Source: Paraspadella gotoi (lineage: Eukaryota > Animalia > Chaetognatha). Taken from it: a DNA stretch of 64,000 bases. Positions 13,311-26,270 of this stretch are shown here, one piece after another; the first letter of the stretch is position 1; the number at the start of each line of letters is the position of its first letter. Location of the stretch: positions 16,497,074-16,561,073 of the forward strand of contig CM119268.1 of the NCBI GenBank assembly GCA_051294375.1. The letters run 5' to 3'. The position numbers and the translations under genes were made by a program. The notes beneath the pieces are model-generated. The model was given only the letters and a program-made list of their open reading frames with translations, was not told where the DNA came from and ran no database searches.

Positions 13311-13354
<44 letters not shown>

Positions 13355-14535
13355 AGAAAAGAAAGAAAGAAGAAGAAAGAAAAGAGAAGAAAGAAAGAAA
13401 GAAAGAAAAAAAAAAGAAAGAAAGAAAGGAAAAAAAAACACAAAAAAAAACGAAATTAGGCAGAAATGAAAACTACTTAAATTAAAAAAAAGAAGCTAAG
13501 AATGTATATATATATATATAATAATGTTAATACAGAAAAAAACACGTATAAAAGAAAGAAAATAATAAGAATTTTGCACAGTAAAACCAACTTTCGATAA
13601 TTTTCGCTGGGATTCCCGATTTTCTAAAATGGCCGCGAGTTAAACTTAATTCTTGTGTCACGATTCAGGATTCTTCAGTTCTCTGCTTTTATTTTGACGA
13701 GTTGCTGAGCAAAGTTGATTCGATCTCGGGTCTGACGCTCAGCTCGGGGATTAAGTTTTAAGTTTTAAGTGTCTGGTTTTATTCTCTTAAAGTTTATATA
13801 TATATAATTCCTTGACACGGAAAGAAGGAGATGAGAAAATCTAATTTGATATTCTTAAGTCAAATTCTTATTTTGTTCTCAGAGAAAAAGTTTTTCAGTT
13901 GCTTTTGTTGTAATCGCATAATATAAAACTTAATCTCAACCACTTTTAACTATTATTAGCTTGGCTTAGCTACAAATTATGTCGATGGTTGCAGTCATTT
14001 ACAAGATCGAGTTTTTAAAAAAAATTTCGTCACTTGCGTAAAAAAAATGAGTCTGCTTATCTTGCAGACTATTTTATTATTCCCATTTTTTAAAATCTAT
14101 CTTAGAAAAAAAATCATTATAATTATTATATTATTGTAATTATTTAGTCATATTTTGCACAAAGTTAGCTTATTTAAACGAGACCTAGATTCCTCCATAA
14201 ATTTTTAAATTTGTTAGAACGTTTTACTATTTTTTTTCATATTTTTTGACACGCTAAACGTTTCTCTGATTACGCAAAATATCATATAAGAAATAAAAAA
14301 TTAATAGCACTAATAGTTAGTGTTGCTGTCTCGAATAGATGAAAAAAAACCTTGTTTAAAAATTCGATCGGGAAGTGGGGTAACAAAGGCTTATTACCAA
14401 GACATCCTCCACTCCTCTCAAATAATTTTTANNNNNNNNNNNNNNNNNNNNNNNNNNNNNNNNNNNNNNNNNNNNNNNNNNNNNNNNNNNNNNNNNNNNN
14501 NNNNNNNNNNNNNNNNNNNNNNNNNNNNNNNNNNN

Positions 14536-15476
14536 TGCAAAAAAAATGATGTCCGTCCGTCCGTCCGTCCATCCGCCCGTCTCACCTTAGCAAAAAGCTC
14601 CGATAACTCGTGATTGTGTGGTTGGATTGGAATGAAATTTTGTGTGCGGGTAGGAAAGTGTGTGATGAAACTGGATATAAAGTTTCCATGGAATCGTGCG
14701 AGTGGAAATGAGTTTAAATTGAAAAAACATAAGTCGCATTTACTATAATATTTTTACTTATTTTAACCAATATTACTCTAATTAATCATAATTGGATGGA
14801 TAGATTGAGTTGAAATTTTGTGTGTGGGTAGGAAAGTGTGTGACGAGGCTTGATATAAAGTTTCGGTGAAAACGTGCGAGTGGAAATGAGTTTAAATTAA
14901 AAAAAATATGAGTCACATTTTCTTGAATCTTTTTACTTATTTTAACCCATAATTACTCGAATTAATCATAATTGAATTAATAGATTAAGATGAAATTTTG
15001 TGTTCGGGTAGGAAAAAGTGTGAGGAAGCTAGATATTAAGTTTTGACGGAATTGTGCCAGTAAAAATGAGTTTAAATGGAAAAAACATAAGTCACCTTTA
15101 CTTGAATCTTTATTATTTATGATTACTAATAAATGTTTTAATTAATGAATTAATTAATTAATGTGAAAAAATGATGCAATTTAAAAAAATTATGCAAGTT
15201 GAAAAAATTATGCAAGTTGAAATAATTAAGCAATTTAAAAAAAGATGCAAGTTAAAAAAATTATGCAAGTTGAAAAAATGATGCGAATTGTAAAAATGAT
15301 GCAAATTGAAAAAATGATATGAGTTGAAAAAATGATGTGAGTGGAAAAAATGATGCGAGTTGAAAAAATGATGCGAGTTCAAAAAAATTTAAAAAAATAT
15401 TGTGATTTATCATCTGATTTGCTGATTACCGCTTAATTATCGGAGGCAGATCCGACATTATTTGCTCAAACTTGTT
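14536..15476 (+). mobile_element. DINE-1/Helentron-associated (HINE)-like non-autonomous element; 5' end in gap
   Basis: Contains a (GTCC)n microsatellite, about three ~180-bp internal tandem units, an 18-bp minisatellite (15165-15380), and the 3' subterminal repeat GCAGATCCGAC followed by ATTATTTGCTCAAACTTGTTTT. The same architecture recurs in several copies. Confidence 0.65.
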
Positions 15477-16450
15477 TTAGTCGGGTCTACTTACCAACAG
15501 ATCCCGAATCTATAATTCACTTTGTCGGTCCGTCGGTCCGCCCCCTCAATCTTGTCGGGTATTCACTTATATCATTAGCGGTAGCCGATCAAATTCAAAT
15601 TTTAATGGGAACAGCATTAAACAAATCCATTATTGGTATTAGTTATTGTGTTAAAATATTTTTTTTCAAAAATGTTCCGAACCATGAGTAATTCGCTAAT
15701 CAAAATTAATATATTGCTATATAATGTCAAAAATATTTTTTGATCTTTTACTCTTTTTTTTTAATTGATTCTGATAGAGCTCAAAAAGTTAAGCAAAAAA
15801 TATAATTACAACGTTTCAAAATTTTGATGTTTTGTTTCTGAAAATTAACAAAAACTGTTAAAATCATCGAAATAATGTAATGATGAGGATGATTTTTTCA
15901 GGTGTTTCCCAGTTTTAACCCACTTTCCATCAAAATATTGAAAAAGAATTATACTTTGTGTATACAACTTTTTATAAGCTATCTGAATCTGCTTTTCAAA
16001 ATAAAAATTAAAAAATTTTTTTTTACATTTTCTATTTATAAATAAATATTTAAAAAATAATTACTAGTGCTTCTAGCCATTTAAAAAAAAAATTTGGTCC
16101 ATTGAAAGTTTTCTCAGAAATGTATGAAGTTTCATTTGGGAAGGTTCCCAAATCAAACTTCTGACCCACCCCATTGACAAAGTTCGGCTCTAATATCATG
16201 TCAGAACATCGAATTATGATAAATTATGCAAAAAAAAAAAACGATGTCCGTCTGTCCGTCCGTCCCACGTTAGCAAAAAAGCCAATTACTCGTGATTGGA
16301 TAGATGGATTGAAATAAAATTTTGTGTAAGGTAGGAAGTGTGTGATTGAAGCTGGAAATCAAGTTTGGATGGAATCGTTTGAGTGGAAATGATTTTAATT
16401 GAAAAAATCTTAAAAGCATAAGGATCGTCGCAATCGCATAAGAAAATCTG
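15477..16450 (+). mobile_element. HINE-like element, 5' part, interrupted by a nested MITE
   Basis: Starts TTTAGTCGGGTCTACT..CAGATCCCGA.TCTATAAT like the other copies and resumes after the MITE at ATATCATGTCAGAACATCG. The 3' limit is approximate. Confidence 0.6.
15576..16192. mobile_element. MITE with 7-bp TSD; copy 2, nested in a HINE-like element
   Basis: Reverse-complement homologue of 759-1371, with TSD ATATCAT at 15569-15575 and 16193-16199. The equivalent empty site is visible in the copy at ~19765-19790. Confidence 0.85.
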
Positions 16451-16549
16451 GATTGACGACAAATTTTGATACTAAAAAAAATAAAATTTGAGAAAAGAAA
16501 ATTAATTTATAAACAGAAAGAAAAAATTATATTTGCGATTGTCAATTAA

Positions 16550-16774
16550 AAACAGGTTTGAGCAAACAATGTCGGATCTGCCTACGATAATTAATTTATT
16601 AATCGATTAATTAATTTATAATTAATTTTAATATGTAATAATTAATTTTAAATTTATATTCAACTAATCATCATCGATGTCCTTAAAATTGGGTTAGGAC
16701 AGTTATTAAATATGTTTTGTTTTACATTTTATCAAAAACAAACAAATATCCTCTATTTTATTTTATTTCTCCTT

Positions 16775-16811
<37 letters not shown>

Positions 16812-17815
16812 ATTTTATGCAATTGCGACGATCTTTAGCTTTTAGATTTTTTTAACTTGCATCATTTTCTTCACATTAATTAATTAATTAATTAATTAAT
16901 TAAAACATTTATTAGTAATCATTAATATTAAAGATTCAAGTAAATGTGACTTATGTTTTTTCCATCTAACTCATTTCCACACTCATAATTCCGTCAAAAC
17001 TTTATATAATTATTATATATTAATAAATATTTAAAAGCTTAAGTGCAACAACCCAATAGCTAAATCAAAAAGTTACATTGAAAATCGATTTAGTATAAAA
17101 AAGGAAAAAAAATTTTTAAAAAAACTAGAAGTTATAAAAAGTGTTCAATTTTGGCCCGCCTTACTAGTAATTAGGCCGAAACAGGTTGAAAACGAGAAAG
17201 TTCTCTCAAATAAATAATGGTTATAGCGACTATTAAATAATATGAAAATGAAAATAATTTTTAAAATTTTGCTTATCAGTTTTTTTATAGATTCTGATAG
17301 AGCTTTAAAAGTTAGATAAAGGTTTTAATACAACTTTTTTTTTGTTTTATTATGAAAAATTTAAAAAAATAAAATTCACCAATAATGATGATGATGAATA
17401 TTTTTAAGGTTTTTCTCTATTTTTACCAATTTATTGTCAAAATTTGAAAATTATAGTACTAACTTTCATTTAACTTTTTAAGGCTCTTCAAGAACCCGTT
17501 CTTAAAAAAAATCAATTTTTTAAATTTTTTTTGTCATTTGTTTATTATTAATAAATTATTTAAACAACCCAATGAACTAATTCAAAAAGTTACATTGAAA
17601 ATCGATAGTAATAGAAGGAAAAAAGAAATTTTTTTGAGAGAACGAGAAGTTATAAAAAGTGTTCAATTTTGGCCCCGCCTTACTAGATATATTGCATGTG
17701 ATTAAACAATGTTATCGGAATAATAATTTTATAAATTTTATGTATTTTGTAAGTATTTTAAGTATTTTTATTCAGTGATAAAATAACTTTTTTATTCGCT
17801 AATTTTTATCTCGGA

Positions 17816-17880
<65 letters not shown>

Positions 17881-17991
17881 ATCTTTGCAATTGCAACGAT
17901 CCTCATGCTCATTTTTTCTGCTCTCTCTCTCTCTCTCTCTCTCTCTTTGCAATTGCGACGATCCTTATGCTCATTTTTCTGCTTTTCTCTC

Positions 17992-18025
<34 letters not shown>

Positions 18026-19872
18026 ATAAATAATAAAGCTCAAGTAAAGTTGACTCATATTTTTTTCATTTAAACTCATTTCCACTCGTACGTTTCCACG
18101 AAACTTTATATCAAGCATCGTTAACCATTTTTCTACCCACACAAAAAAATTTGAACTCAATCTATCCATCCAATTATGATTAATTAGAGTACTTATTGGT
18201 TAAATAAGTAAAAATATTTTAGTAAATGCGACTTATGTTTTTCCTCTTAAACTCACACGATTCCGTCGAAACTTTATATCCAGCATTATCACACACTCTC
18301 CACCCACACAAAATTTCATTCCAATCCAACCAGCCAATCACGAGTTATTGAGCTTTTTGCTAAGGTGGGACGGATGGACGATTGATTGACTGATTAATTA
18401 ATTATTGATTAAATAATTGACTAATTGATTAATTAACGGATTAATTTATTTGATTTATTAATACATCCTGCTAATACAATTTATATAAAAGAAAAAAGAA
18501 TCATAATCAATTAGTGAAAACAGGTTTTTTTTTCCATTTAAACTCATTTCCACTCAAAAGATTCCATCGAAACTTGGTTTCCTGTTCATCACACACTTTT
18601 CTACTCACATACAAAATTCCAGGTCAATCGATAATTAAGTGGTAATAAGCTAACTTGGTCAACTTGCATAATTTATCAACTTGCATAATTTGGTCAACTG
18701 ACATAATTTGGTTTAACTGACATAATTTGGTCTACTGACATAATTTGGTCAACTGACATAATTTGGTCAACTGATATAATTTGTCAATTAAGATAATTTG
18801 GTCAACCGGCATAATTTGGTCAACTGGCATAATTTGGTCAACTGGCATAATTTGGTCAACAGGCATCAATTTGGTCAACAGGCATAATTTGGTCAACTTG
18901 CAGAACTTGATCAACTTGCAGAATTTGTCAACTGGCATAATTTGGTCAACTTTAAGAATTTGGTCAACTGGCATTTTTTGTCAATTGGCATAATTTGGTC
19001 AATCAATCAATCAATCAATCAATTAATCAATAAGAGAGAGATAGAGAGAGAGAAACTTTAAAAAATTCAAATAAATGGTGTCTTTTGATTTTCTAATTTG
19101 AACTATATCCACTCTACGATTCCATCAAAAAATTTATATCCAGCTTTATCACATACTTTCCTACCCACACACAAAATTCAATTTCGATTTATCTATCCAA
19201 TTTTTAATAAACATAATAATTATGAGTAAATTTAAGTAAAAATACTTCAAGTAAATATGACTTTTGTTTTTTCATTTTAACTCATTTCCACTCGCACGAT
19301 TCCATCGAAACTTTATATCCAGCTCAATCACACAGTTTTCTACCAATCATACAAAATTTCAAGTCAATTGCCCTATCCACTCATGAGCAATTGGCGTTCA
19401 AATAGTGAAATATATTTTTTTGTTTTTTCCATTTAAACCAATTTCACATCGCACGATTCCCTCGAAACTTCATATCCATCCCAATCACACAGTTTCCTAC
19501 CCACACACAAATTTCATACCAATCCATCCATCCAATCACGAGTAATTGGAGTTTTTTGCTAAGGTGGGACGGACGGACGGACGGACGGACGGACGACGGA
19601 CGGACGGACAGTCGGACGGACGACGGACGGACGGACGGACGGACGGACGGACGGACGGACGGACGGACGGACAGAACAGACAGACAGACAGAAGACAGAC
19701 AGACAGACAGACAGACGGACGACGGACGGACATGTTTTTTTTTCATAATTTATCATAATTCGATGTTCTGACATGATTATAGTGTGTGCCCGACAATATT
19801 GAGGGGGCGGACCGACGGATCGACAAAGTGAATTATAGAGTCGGGATCTGCTGATAAGCAGATCCGACTAAA
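16550..19872 (-). mobile_element. Nested or adjacent minus-strand HINE-like copies with other MITE fragments inserted
   Basis: The 3'-end motif (reverse) AACAGGTTTGAGCAAACAATGTCGGATCTGC is at ~16552 and the 5' hairpin AGTCGGGATCTGCT-GATA-AGCAGATCCGACTAAAA at ~19839-19873. Also present: (GGAC/AGAC)n at 19567-19730, an 18-bp minisatellite at 18650-19000, and repeated ends TTGGCC(C)CGCCTTACTA at ~17150 and ~17670. Confidence 0.6.
18650..19000. repeat. 18-bp minisatellite (ATAATTTGGTCAACTGGC)n
   Basis: Roughly 19 visible units; reverse complement of the array at 24765-25470. Confidence 0.9.
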
Positions 19873-21639
19873 AATAATAAGTAAAATAAAATAAAATAAA
19901 GGAAAATTAAAGTTACAGTTTCTGAAAAAGGGGAAAAAAACACAATGAAATTTTTTTTTTTGTTATTGTCTTTTTCATTTTCAAAAAATAAACTGATCTG
20001 TAGACGCAGCCCCTGAGAAAAAAAAATGAAATAAAAACCCGATGTTGCGATAGAGAAAGAGAGAAAAAGGCAGCAGCAGAAGCAGTAGGAGAAAGAGAGA
20101 AAAAGAGAGAGCACCTGCAGAGCCAGATGCAGACTCAAAAGTCAGCAGCAGAAGCAGCAGGAGAAAAGAGAGAGGGAGAAAGACATATAATTAAAAGATA
20201 AAAGAGAGAGAAAAAGAAATATAAAAATAAAAGAGAGAATTTGTTGTTTTGGATAAAACGTAAACAAAATATATTCATTAACTGTCCTGACTCAATTTTA
20301 AGGACATTGATGATGAGAAGCTGTATATAAATTTTCAGCTTCATCCACCCAAATTTAATCATAAAAAAGGCGATCTATAATTTGGAACGCCGACGCGCGA
20401 CGACGACGACGCCGACGCGACGACGACGCCGACGACGACGACGCCGACGACGACGACAGCACAGCAATTTCGATTTCAATTTCGATTGCGACGATAAAAA
20501 CAAAAAAAATATATTTCACTATTTTAACACCAATTACTCATGAGTGGATGGGGCGATTGACTTGAAATTTGTATTTGGGTAGAAAAGTGTGTGATTAAAC
20601 TGGAAATCAAGTTTCGATGGAATCGTTTGAGTGGAAAGGAGTTTAAATGGAAAAAACAAAGACCCTGTTTCACTAGTTGATTATGCTTCTAAATATAAAT
20701 GCAAGATGTATTAATTAATCAATTAATTAATCAGTTAATTAATCAATATAGTAATTAATTAATTCAATAATTCTAAGCTCTCTTTAAAATTATCATTTGT
20801 ACTCGAGTTACAGAGCTTGCAGTCTCAGAAATTCTAGACGAATGCTACTGTAATTTTTATGATACACAAACTCAATACTCATGCATCTTACATTTTTTTC
20901 TGGCAGGAGCTTCCTCCATCGATATTCGATGTACCCTTCTTCATTGTCAGCAAGGACACTAGAAAGCTTGGGACGGATCTCAATTAACTATTGGTGCCTG
21001 AATTACCCTTAACACAAGACAAGATCAAGAGTCTTTACTCACGAAGGTAAGAATCTAAGTCTACATACGTCTTCCAGAGATTGAGAGTCGCGCCCACTTC
21101 CGACTGTTTGAACTAGAAAGCGGTTGCCACTCTAGACATAAAAAGCGCTTCAGGAGGACCTCGCCTGTCTTTTTTTTGAAGCTCTTTGATGACGGTCTCT
21201 CTTTCTTTAGTCAAGAGTAGCTCGTTTTCAATAATTATTGCGAGCATCCCTCATTCTTTAACTTTTTTAGGCTGTTCCTGTACAATACGGGTTTTACTCA
21301 ACACCTACTGATCATGGCTGTGAAATTTAATGTAAGTAAAAAACTTGTGAGGAATTTCCAACATTTTTAATTTTAATTGAAACAAATTCAAAGAAGCCCC
21401 CTTGCTGCGGCTCCTGAAAACTCAAACACACACAAAAATCGTATCTTTTGCTACTTTCATCGTCTTTTTATTCGTCACTCCTTTTGTCGTTGCTCTCACC
21501 GTCGCAACTGCTTTCCTCCATCGTTCAAATTATCGTCGTCATTTCTGTCGATCCCGATCCGACGGAAGCTTAATTCTTCTTCTCCCTGAGTCACTCAGCA
21601 TGCAGAATTTATTGTTACAAAAGTAGCGTCGGGAAAAAT

Positions 21640-21745
21640 GGCCCTAATCTCTTACCCTAATCCCAACCCTAATCCCTAGCCCCTAACCCCAACCCCTAAT
21701 ATCTATCCTCTAAATTAACCTTATCCCTAACAGAAACCCTAAACA
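21640..21745 (+). repeat. Degenerate (CCCTAA)n telomere-like tract, interstitial
   Basis: Multiple CCCTAA/CCCCTAA variants, flanked by a duplicated TCATCGTTCAAATTATCGTCGTC motif (21518, 21752). Confidence 0.6.
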
Positions 21746-22848
21746 ATTAATTCATCGTTCAAATTATCGTTCAAATTATCGTCGTCGTATTTGTTGATCC
21801 AGCCAGAAAGAGCGAAAGAGATTCGCTGCTCCGTCATACGGCAAGGGGGCATCGATGTTTGAAAAGGCCCAACTTTAACTTAAGTTTAAGCTTAACCATA
21901 AAATTATAAAATATCATTTTAAATGCTTACCGACTGTCACGAATCATTGGTAACTTATCCTCTTAGTTTTAGGTAAGCACGTCTCTTTTATATCTTTGGA
22001 TAAGGTACAATCATAAGGACTAACCAATCAGAGAGCGACGTTTAAAATACTTGATCAATCAGATACTTCGTAAGCAACAAAAAATACGAATTCAATAATA
22101 AAAAGGGCATCAAACAACAGAGACTATCTCGTAACAAATAAAAATTTAACAATAGGGATCCTCTATCCTGCAAACTTTTATGTTGAACATTTAACAAAGA
22201 ACAACCGTGACCCATAAATATTACGTATTATCAATATTTGATCCACTAACAGACTTTATACGACCTCTTCATGGTTTACTCCCTCGACATATTGAACTAC
22301 GAATCGTCAATCAAGGTAAAAACTTCAATTATTTATGACGATATCGTTTAATACCATTGGTAAAAACATTATTTTAAGACGTACATGGAAGCTATGGAAT
22401 GCCGCATCATATTTGCTCAGCTTTTGGATGTGAAAGTCATAATCTCATTTAGGGAAGATTCACTGTTCTACGATTTTTTCTAATTCACTGATTGAAATTC
22501 TTATCAAATAAACAAGTGAGTTTTATAATTTTAATTTTTCTCTCGATTGATTCAAATCGCATCAATTTTTTTTATTCAGATGCCATCCGACCTTCACGAG
22601 TCTCCATCTTCTCTTTATCAGTTTGAGATTATGTCGATGAGGAGTCAGAATCTCGCTAAAAACTGCGGGGTTTTCCTTTCATTCACAATGGCGGTATTAG
22701 TGGCTCCATCCATAGGTCGATTTTCGGCCCTAGTGCTTCTTCTTCACAAGGATTTTCTTCAATATATATTTTTACTTTGGAACCAACATCATGCGTTTTC
22801 ATATTTACGAGAGTTTCTCGTGGTTGGCAAAAAAAGGTGAATCAAATT

Positions 22849-23998
22849 TTTAGCAGATCCCGACTCTATAATCCACTTGGTCGGTCCGTCTGTCCGACCC
22901 CTCAATCTTTTCGGTCATTCATTTAAATAAAGTCAGAACATCGAATTATGCCCCCCAAAAAAATGATGTCCGTCCGTTCGTCCGTCCGTCTGTATGTCCG
23001 TCCGTTCCACCTTAGCAAAAAACTCCAATTACTGGTGATTGGATTGATGAATTTGAATGAAATTTTGTGTGTGGTTAGGAAAGTTTGGTTGAGCTCGATA
23101 TAAAGTTTCGATGGAATCTCGCAAGTAGAAATGAGTTTAAATGGAAAAAACATACGTCACATTTACTTGAATCTTTTTACTAATTTTAAGCCATAATTAC
23201 TCAAATTATTTGTAATTGCATAGATAGATTGAGATAAAATTTTGTACGTTGGTAGGAAAATGTGTGATTGAGCAGGATATAAAGCTTAGAAGGAATGAAG
23301 GAGTGGAAATGAGTTTGCGTGGAAAAAACCAAAGTCAAATTGACTTGAATTTGTATTATTTATTCTTATTCATAAATGTTTTAATTAATTAATTAAATAA
23401 TTAAAGTAAAAAATGGAGCAATTTAAAAAAATGATGCGAGCTAAAAAAAATGAAGCAAGTTGAATTAATGATGCGAATTTAAAAAATTATGCAGGTTAAA
23501 AATATGATGTAGTTTAAAAAATTATGTAAGTGGAAAAAATGATGCAAGTTTAAAAAATGATGCAAGTTTAAAAAATGATGCAAGTTAAAAAATTATACAA
23601 GTTAAAAAAATAATAATAGTTAAAAAAACATTTTTGTACCATAGTAACAGTTCATTTTTGGGCATGATAAAATGAGAATTTCGATCGCGCTCTACCTCCG
23701 TTGGCTTCCCAAGACGCCAAGCTTTCGAAATCTGCCCATATTGATATAATTTGTATGGGCCTTGACTATGCAGTTTTGAATAGAAGTGAAATATAAAAGA
23801 ATCTTGATCAGAACTTCGATTCGAACGATGCGCAGCCCTAGTTTAATCCCTTGCAAGCGATTTACATGTATTGGCGCAGCCACTGTTTTGGTATGTCAGA
23901 TCACAATTTAAAACAATTATCATGATTTATCATCTGATTAGCTGATTACCGCTTAATTATCGTAGGAAGATCCGACATTGTTGGCTCAAACTTGTTTT
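22849..23998 (+). mobile_element. HINE-like element
   Basis: 5' AGCAGATCCCGACTCTATAAT, (GTCC)n, ~180-bp units, 18-bp minisatellite (23410-23610), and 3' AGATCCGACATTGTTGGCTCAAACTTGTTTT. Confidence 0.65.
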
Positions 23999-24012
23999 AC
24001 AAGTACTGGCAG

Positions 24013-25650
24013 TTTTTTAGTCGGATCTGCTTGTCAGCAGATTCCGACTCTATAATGCAATTTGTCGGTCTGTCGGTCCCAACCCAAAATCGTGTCGGTA
24101 AATAATTTTTATCAAATCAGAACATCAAATTGTGATAAAATTATGATTAGAGAATTGACAAAGTTTTTTGTTTGCAACAAATTTTATTTCAATTGAACAG
24201 AAATGTTTCGACTTGCTTTACAAGTCTTCATCAGCGTTTTGACAGTAGAAGGGAGGAGAGAGAGAGAGAGAGAGATACAACAGGGATAAATAAATAATAA
24301 ATGATACATTGTGTAATGTACAACTACAGGTAATTAATTTTTATCAAATCAGAACATCAAATTATGATAGAATTATGCAAAAAAAATAATTTCCTTCCGT
24401 CTGTCCGTCCCCCCTTAGCATTAAACTCCAATTATTCGTGATTGGATGGATGGATTGCAATGAAATTTTGTGTGGGTAGGAAAGTGTGGGATTGAGCTCG
24501 ATTTAAAGTTTCGATAGAATCGTGCAAGTGGAAATGCGTTTAAATGGAAAAAGCAAAAGTCATATTTAACTAAAGTATTTTTACTTATATTTACTCATAA
24601 TTATTATATTTATTAAAAATTGGATAGATAAATTGATATGAAATTGTGTGTGTGGGTAGGAAAGTATGTGATTAAGCTGGATAAACAGTTTAAATTAGAA
24701 AACCGAAAGACGCATTTATTTGAATTTTTAAGTGTTTCTTTCTTTATCTCTCTCTGATTGATTGATTGACCAAATTATGCCAGGTGACCAAATTATGCCA
24801 GTTGACCAAATTATTCAAGTGACCAAATTCTGCTAGTTGACCAAATTATACCTATGGATAAAATTATGCCAGTTGACCATATTATCCATGTTGACCAAGA
24901 TTTATGTGGTTGACCAAATTATTGCCAATTGGACAAAATTATGCCAGTGACCAAATAATGCCAGTTAACCAAATAATGCCAGCATTTGAGCAAATTAAGT
25001 CAGTTGACCAAAATTATGTCTGAGTTGACCAAAATTATCCAGTTGACAAATTAAGCAGTTGACCAAATTATGCCAGTTGGACAAATGTTTGCCATTTGAC
25101 CAAATTATTGCCTAGTGATCAAATTATGCCAGTTGACCACACTTTTGCAAGTATGAACAAATTATGCAAGTGTAAAAATTATATCAAGTTGACCAAATTA
25201 TCCAGTGACCACAAATATGCATTTGACCAAATTATGCACAGTAGACCATATTATCGCAGTTAACCAAATTATAGCTGATGACAAAATTATGACCAGCTCA
25301 CCAAAATTATATCAGTTGACCAAATTATGCCAGTTGACCAAATTATGCAAGTGATTAAATTATTGCAAGATGATCAAATAGAGCAAGTTGACCAAAATTC
25401 ATTGCAAATTACCCAATTATGCAAGTTGACCAAATTATACAAATTGACCAAATTTATGCGCAAGTTGGTAATTGGCGCAGCTACTGGTAAATGTATTGAT
25501 TAGATAACTCTCTGATTTATAGATTTTTTCATAATGTATTAAGAATTCTGTTATGATTTGTTATGAATCTGTTAAGATCCATGATTAGATTATTACCCGC
25601 TTATTTATCGTAGGGAAATCACACATTGGTTTGATCAAACTTATTTTTTT
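24013..25650 (+). mobile_element. HINE-like element with a hammerhead-bearing insert and a long 18-bp minisatellite
   Basis: 5' hairpin AGTCGGATCTGCT-TGTC-AGCAGATTCCGACT after a T-run, minisatellite (TTGACCAAATTATGCCAG)n at 24765-25470, and a degenerate 3' end ...GATCAAACTTATTTT. Confidence 0.6.
24196..24238 (-). ncRNA. Minimal type-I hammerhead ribozyme (Penelope-type), stem III mutated
   Basis: Minus strand reads AACG CTGATGA A GACTTG taaag CAAGTC GAAAC ATTTC TGTT. Stem II is 6 bp. The palindromic ACATGT has changed to ACATTT. Confidence 0.7.
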
Positions 25651-25699
25651 CAATATTGCGAATAACTTTCCATCTTTATCCCCCCATTTCGTATATAAA

Positions 25700-26270
25700 A
25701 TACCTTCGACTGGCAAACTAGGACTCCACAACCCCAGCCATTTGCCTATTACCCTCTAGCGATCCAGTATTCATGCCTCTCAACAAAAACTTGAAAGGCC
25801 GGCTTGGAACAAAATAGTCACGCTTTCTTGACGATCTTTCTTCGCAGCTGCCTCAAAGCGATTGGTCGAGAAAGATGCTCAAATCGTCACTCTAACTTTT
25901 TCCAATAAACTTTTCAAGGAGCTAACGAGTTTTTTTTCTTCCGATCGTACCCCAAAAAAGATGCCTTCCATACTTCAGACACGCGACAAAGTTGCTTGGG
26001 GTCCTCGTTTCAAAAAACGTTTACGCTTACCTTCAGTCTGTGAATTGACTCGTTCCAGCTCCCAAAAAGACGCTCCGAACCGCGACCAAACTATTTGGTG
26101 CCGGCGACGAATCTCGCGACTGTCAGACGGTCAGAATCTCGGACCGTTTCGGAATCTCAAAAAAAAGCCTCCACTTATATCTATGGCGAAGGCATTCCGA
26201 TTCAAAATTTCATCATCACCAACTATCTACGGCATGTTCTCCAACCCTTTTTGCTTTCGCAAGCGCTAGT
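25700..26270 (-). pseudogene. Possible degraded non-LTR (RTE-like) reverse-transcriptase C-terminal fragment
   Basis: Broken minus-strand frames give DSREIRRRHQIVWSRFG and LKYG, reminiscent of the EIRRRI..AW..F...YG segment of RTE/LINE ORF2. There are many stops and frameshifts. Confidence 0.3.

Noticed and set aside
13219-13459. Long K/E/R- or F/L/S-rich ORFs (also 5906-6673, 8060-8589, 19444-19774, 54401-54925, 57693-58065)
   Set aside because: They are translations of (GAAA)n, (GA)n, (GGAC)n or purine-rich tracts and N gaps, not real proteins.
21640-21745. Telomere or chromosome-fusion site
   Set aside because: The tract is short, highly degenerate, in one orientation only and embedded in repeat-derived DNA.
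24765-25470. Regularly spaced repeats resembling a CRISPR array (also 18650-19000)
   Set aside because: These are contiguous 18-bp tandem units with no unique spacers, in a eukaryotic context with no cas genes.
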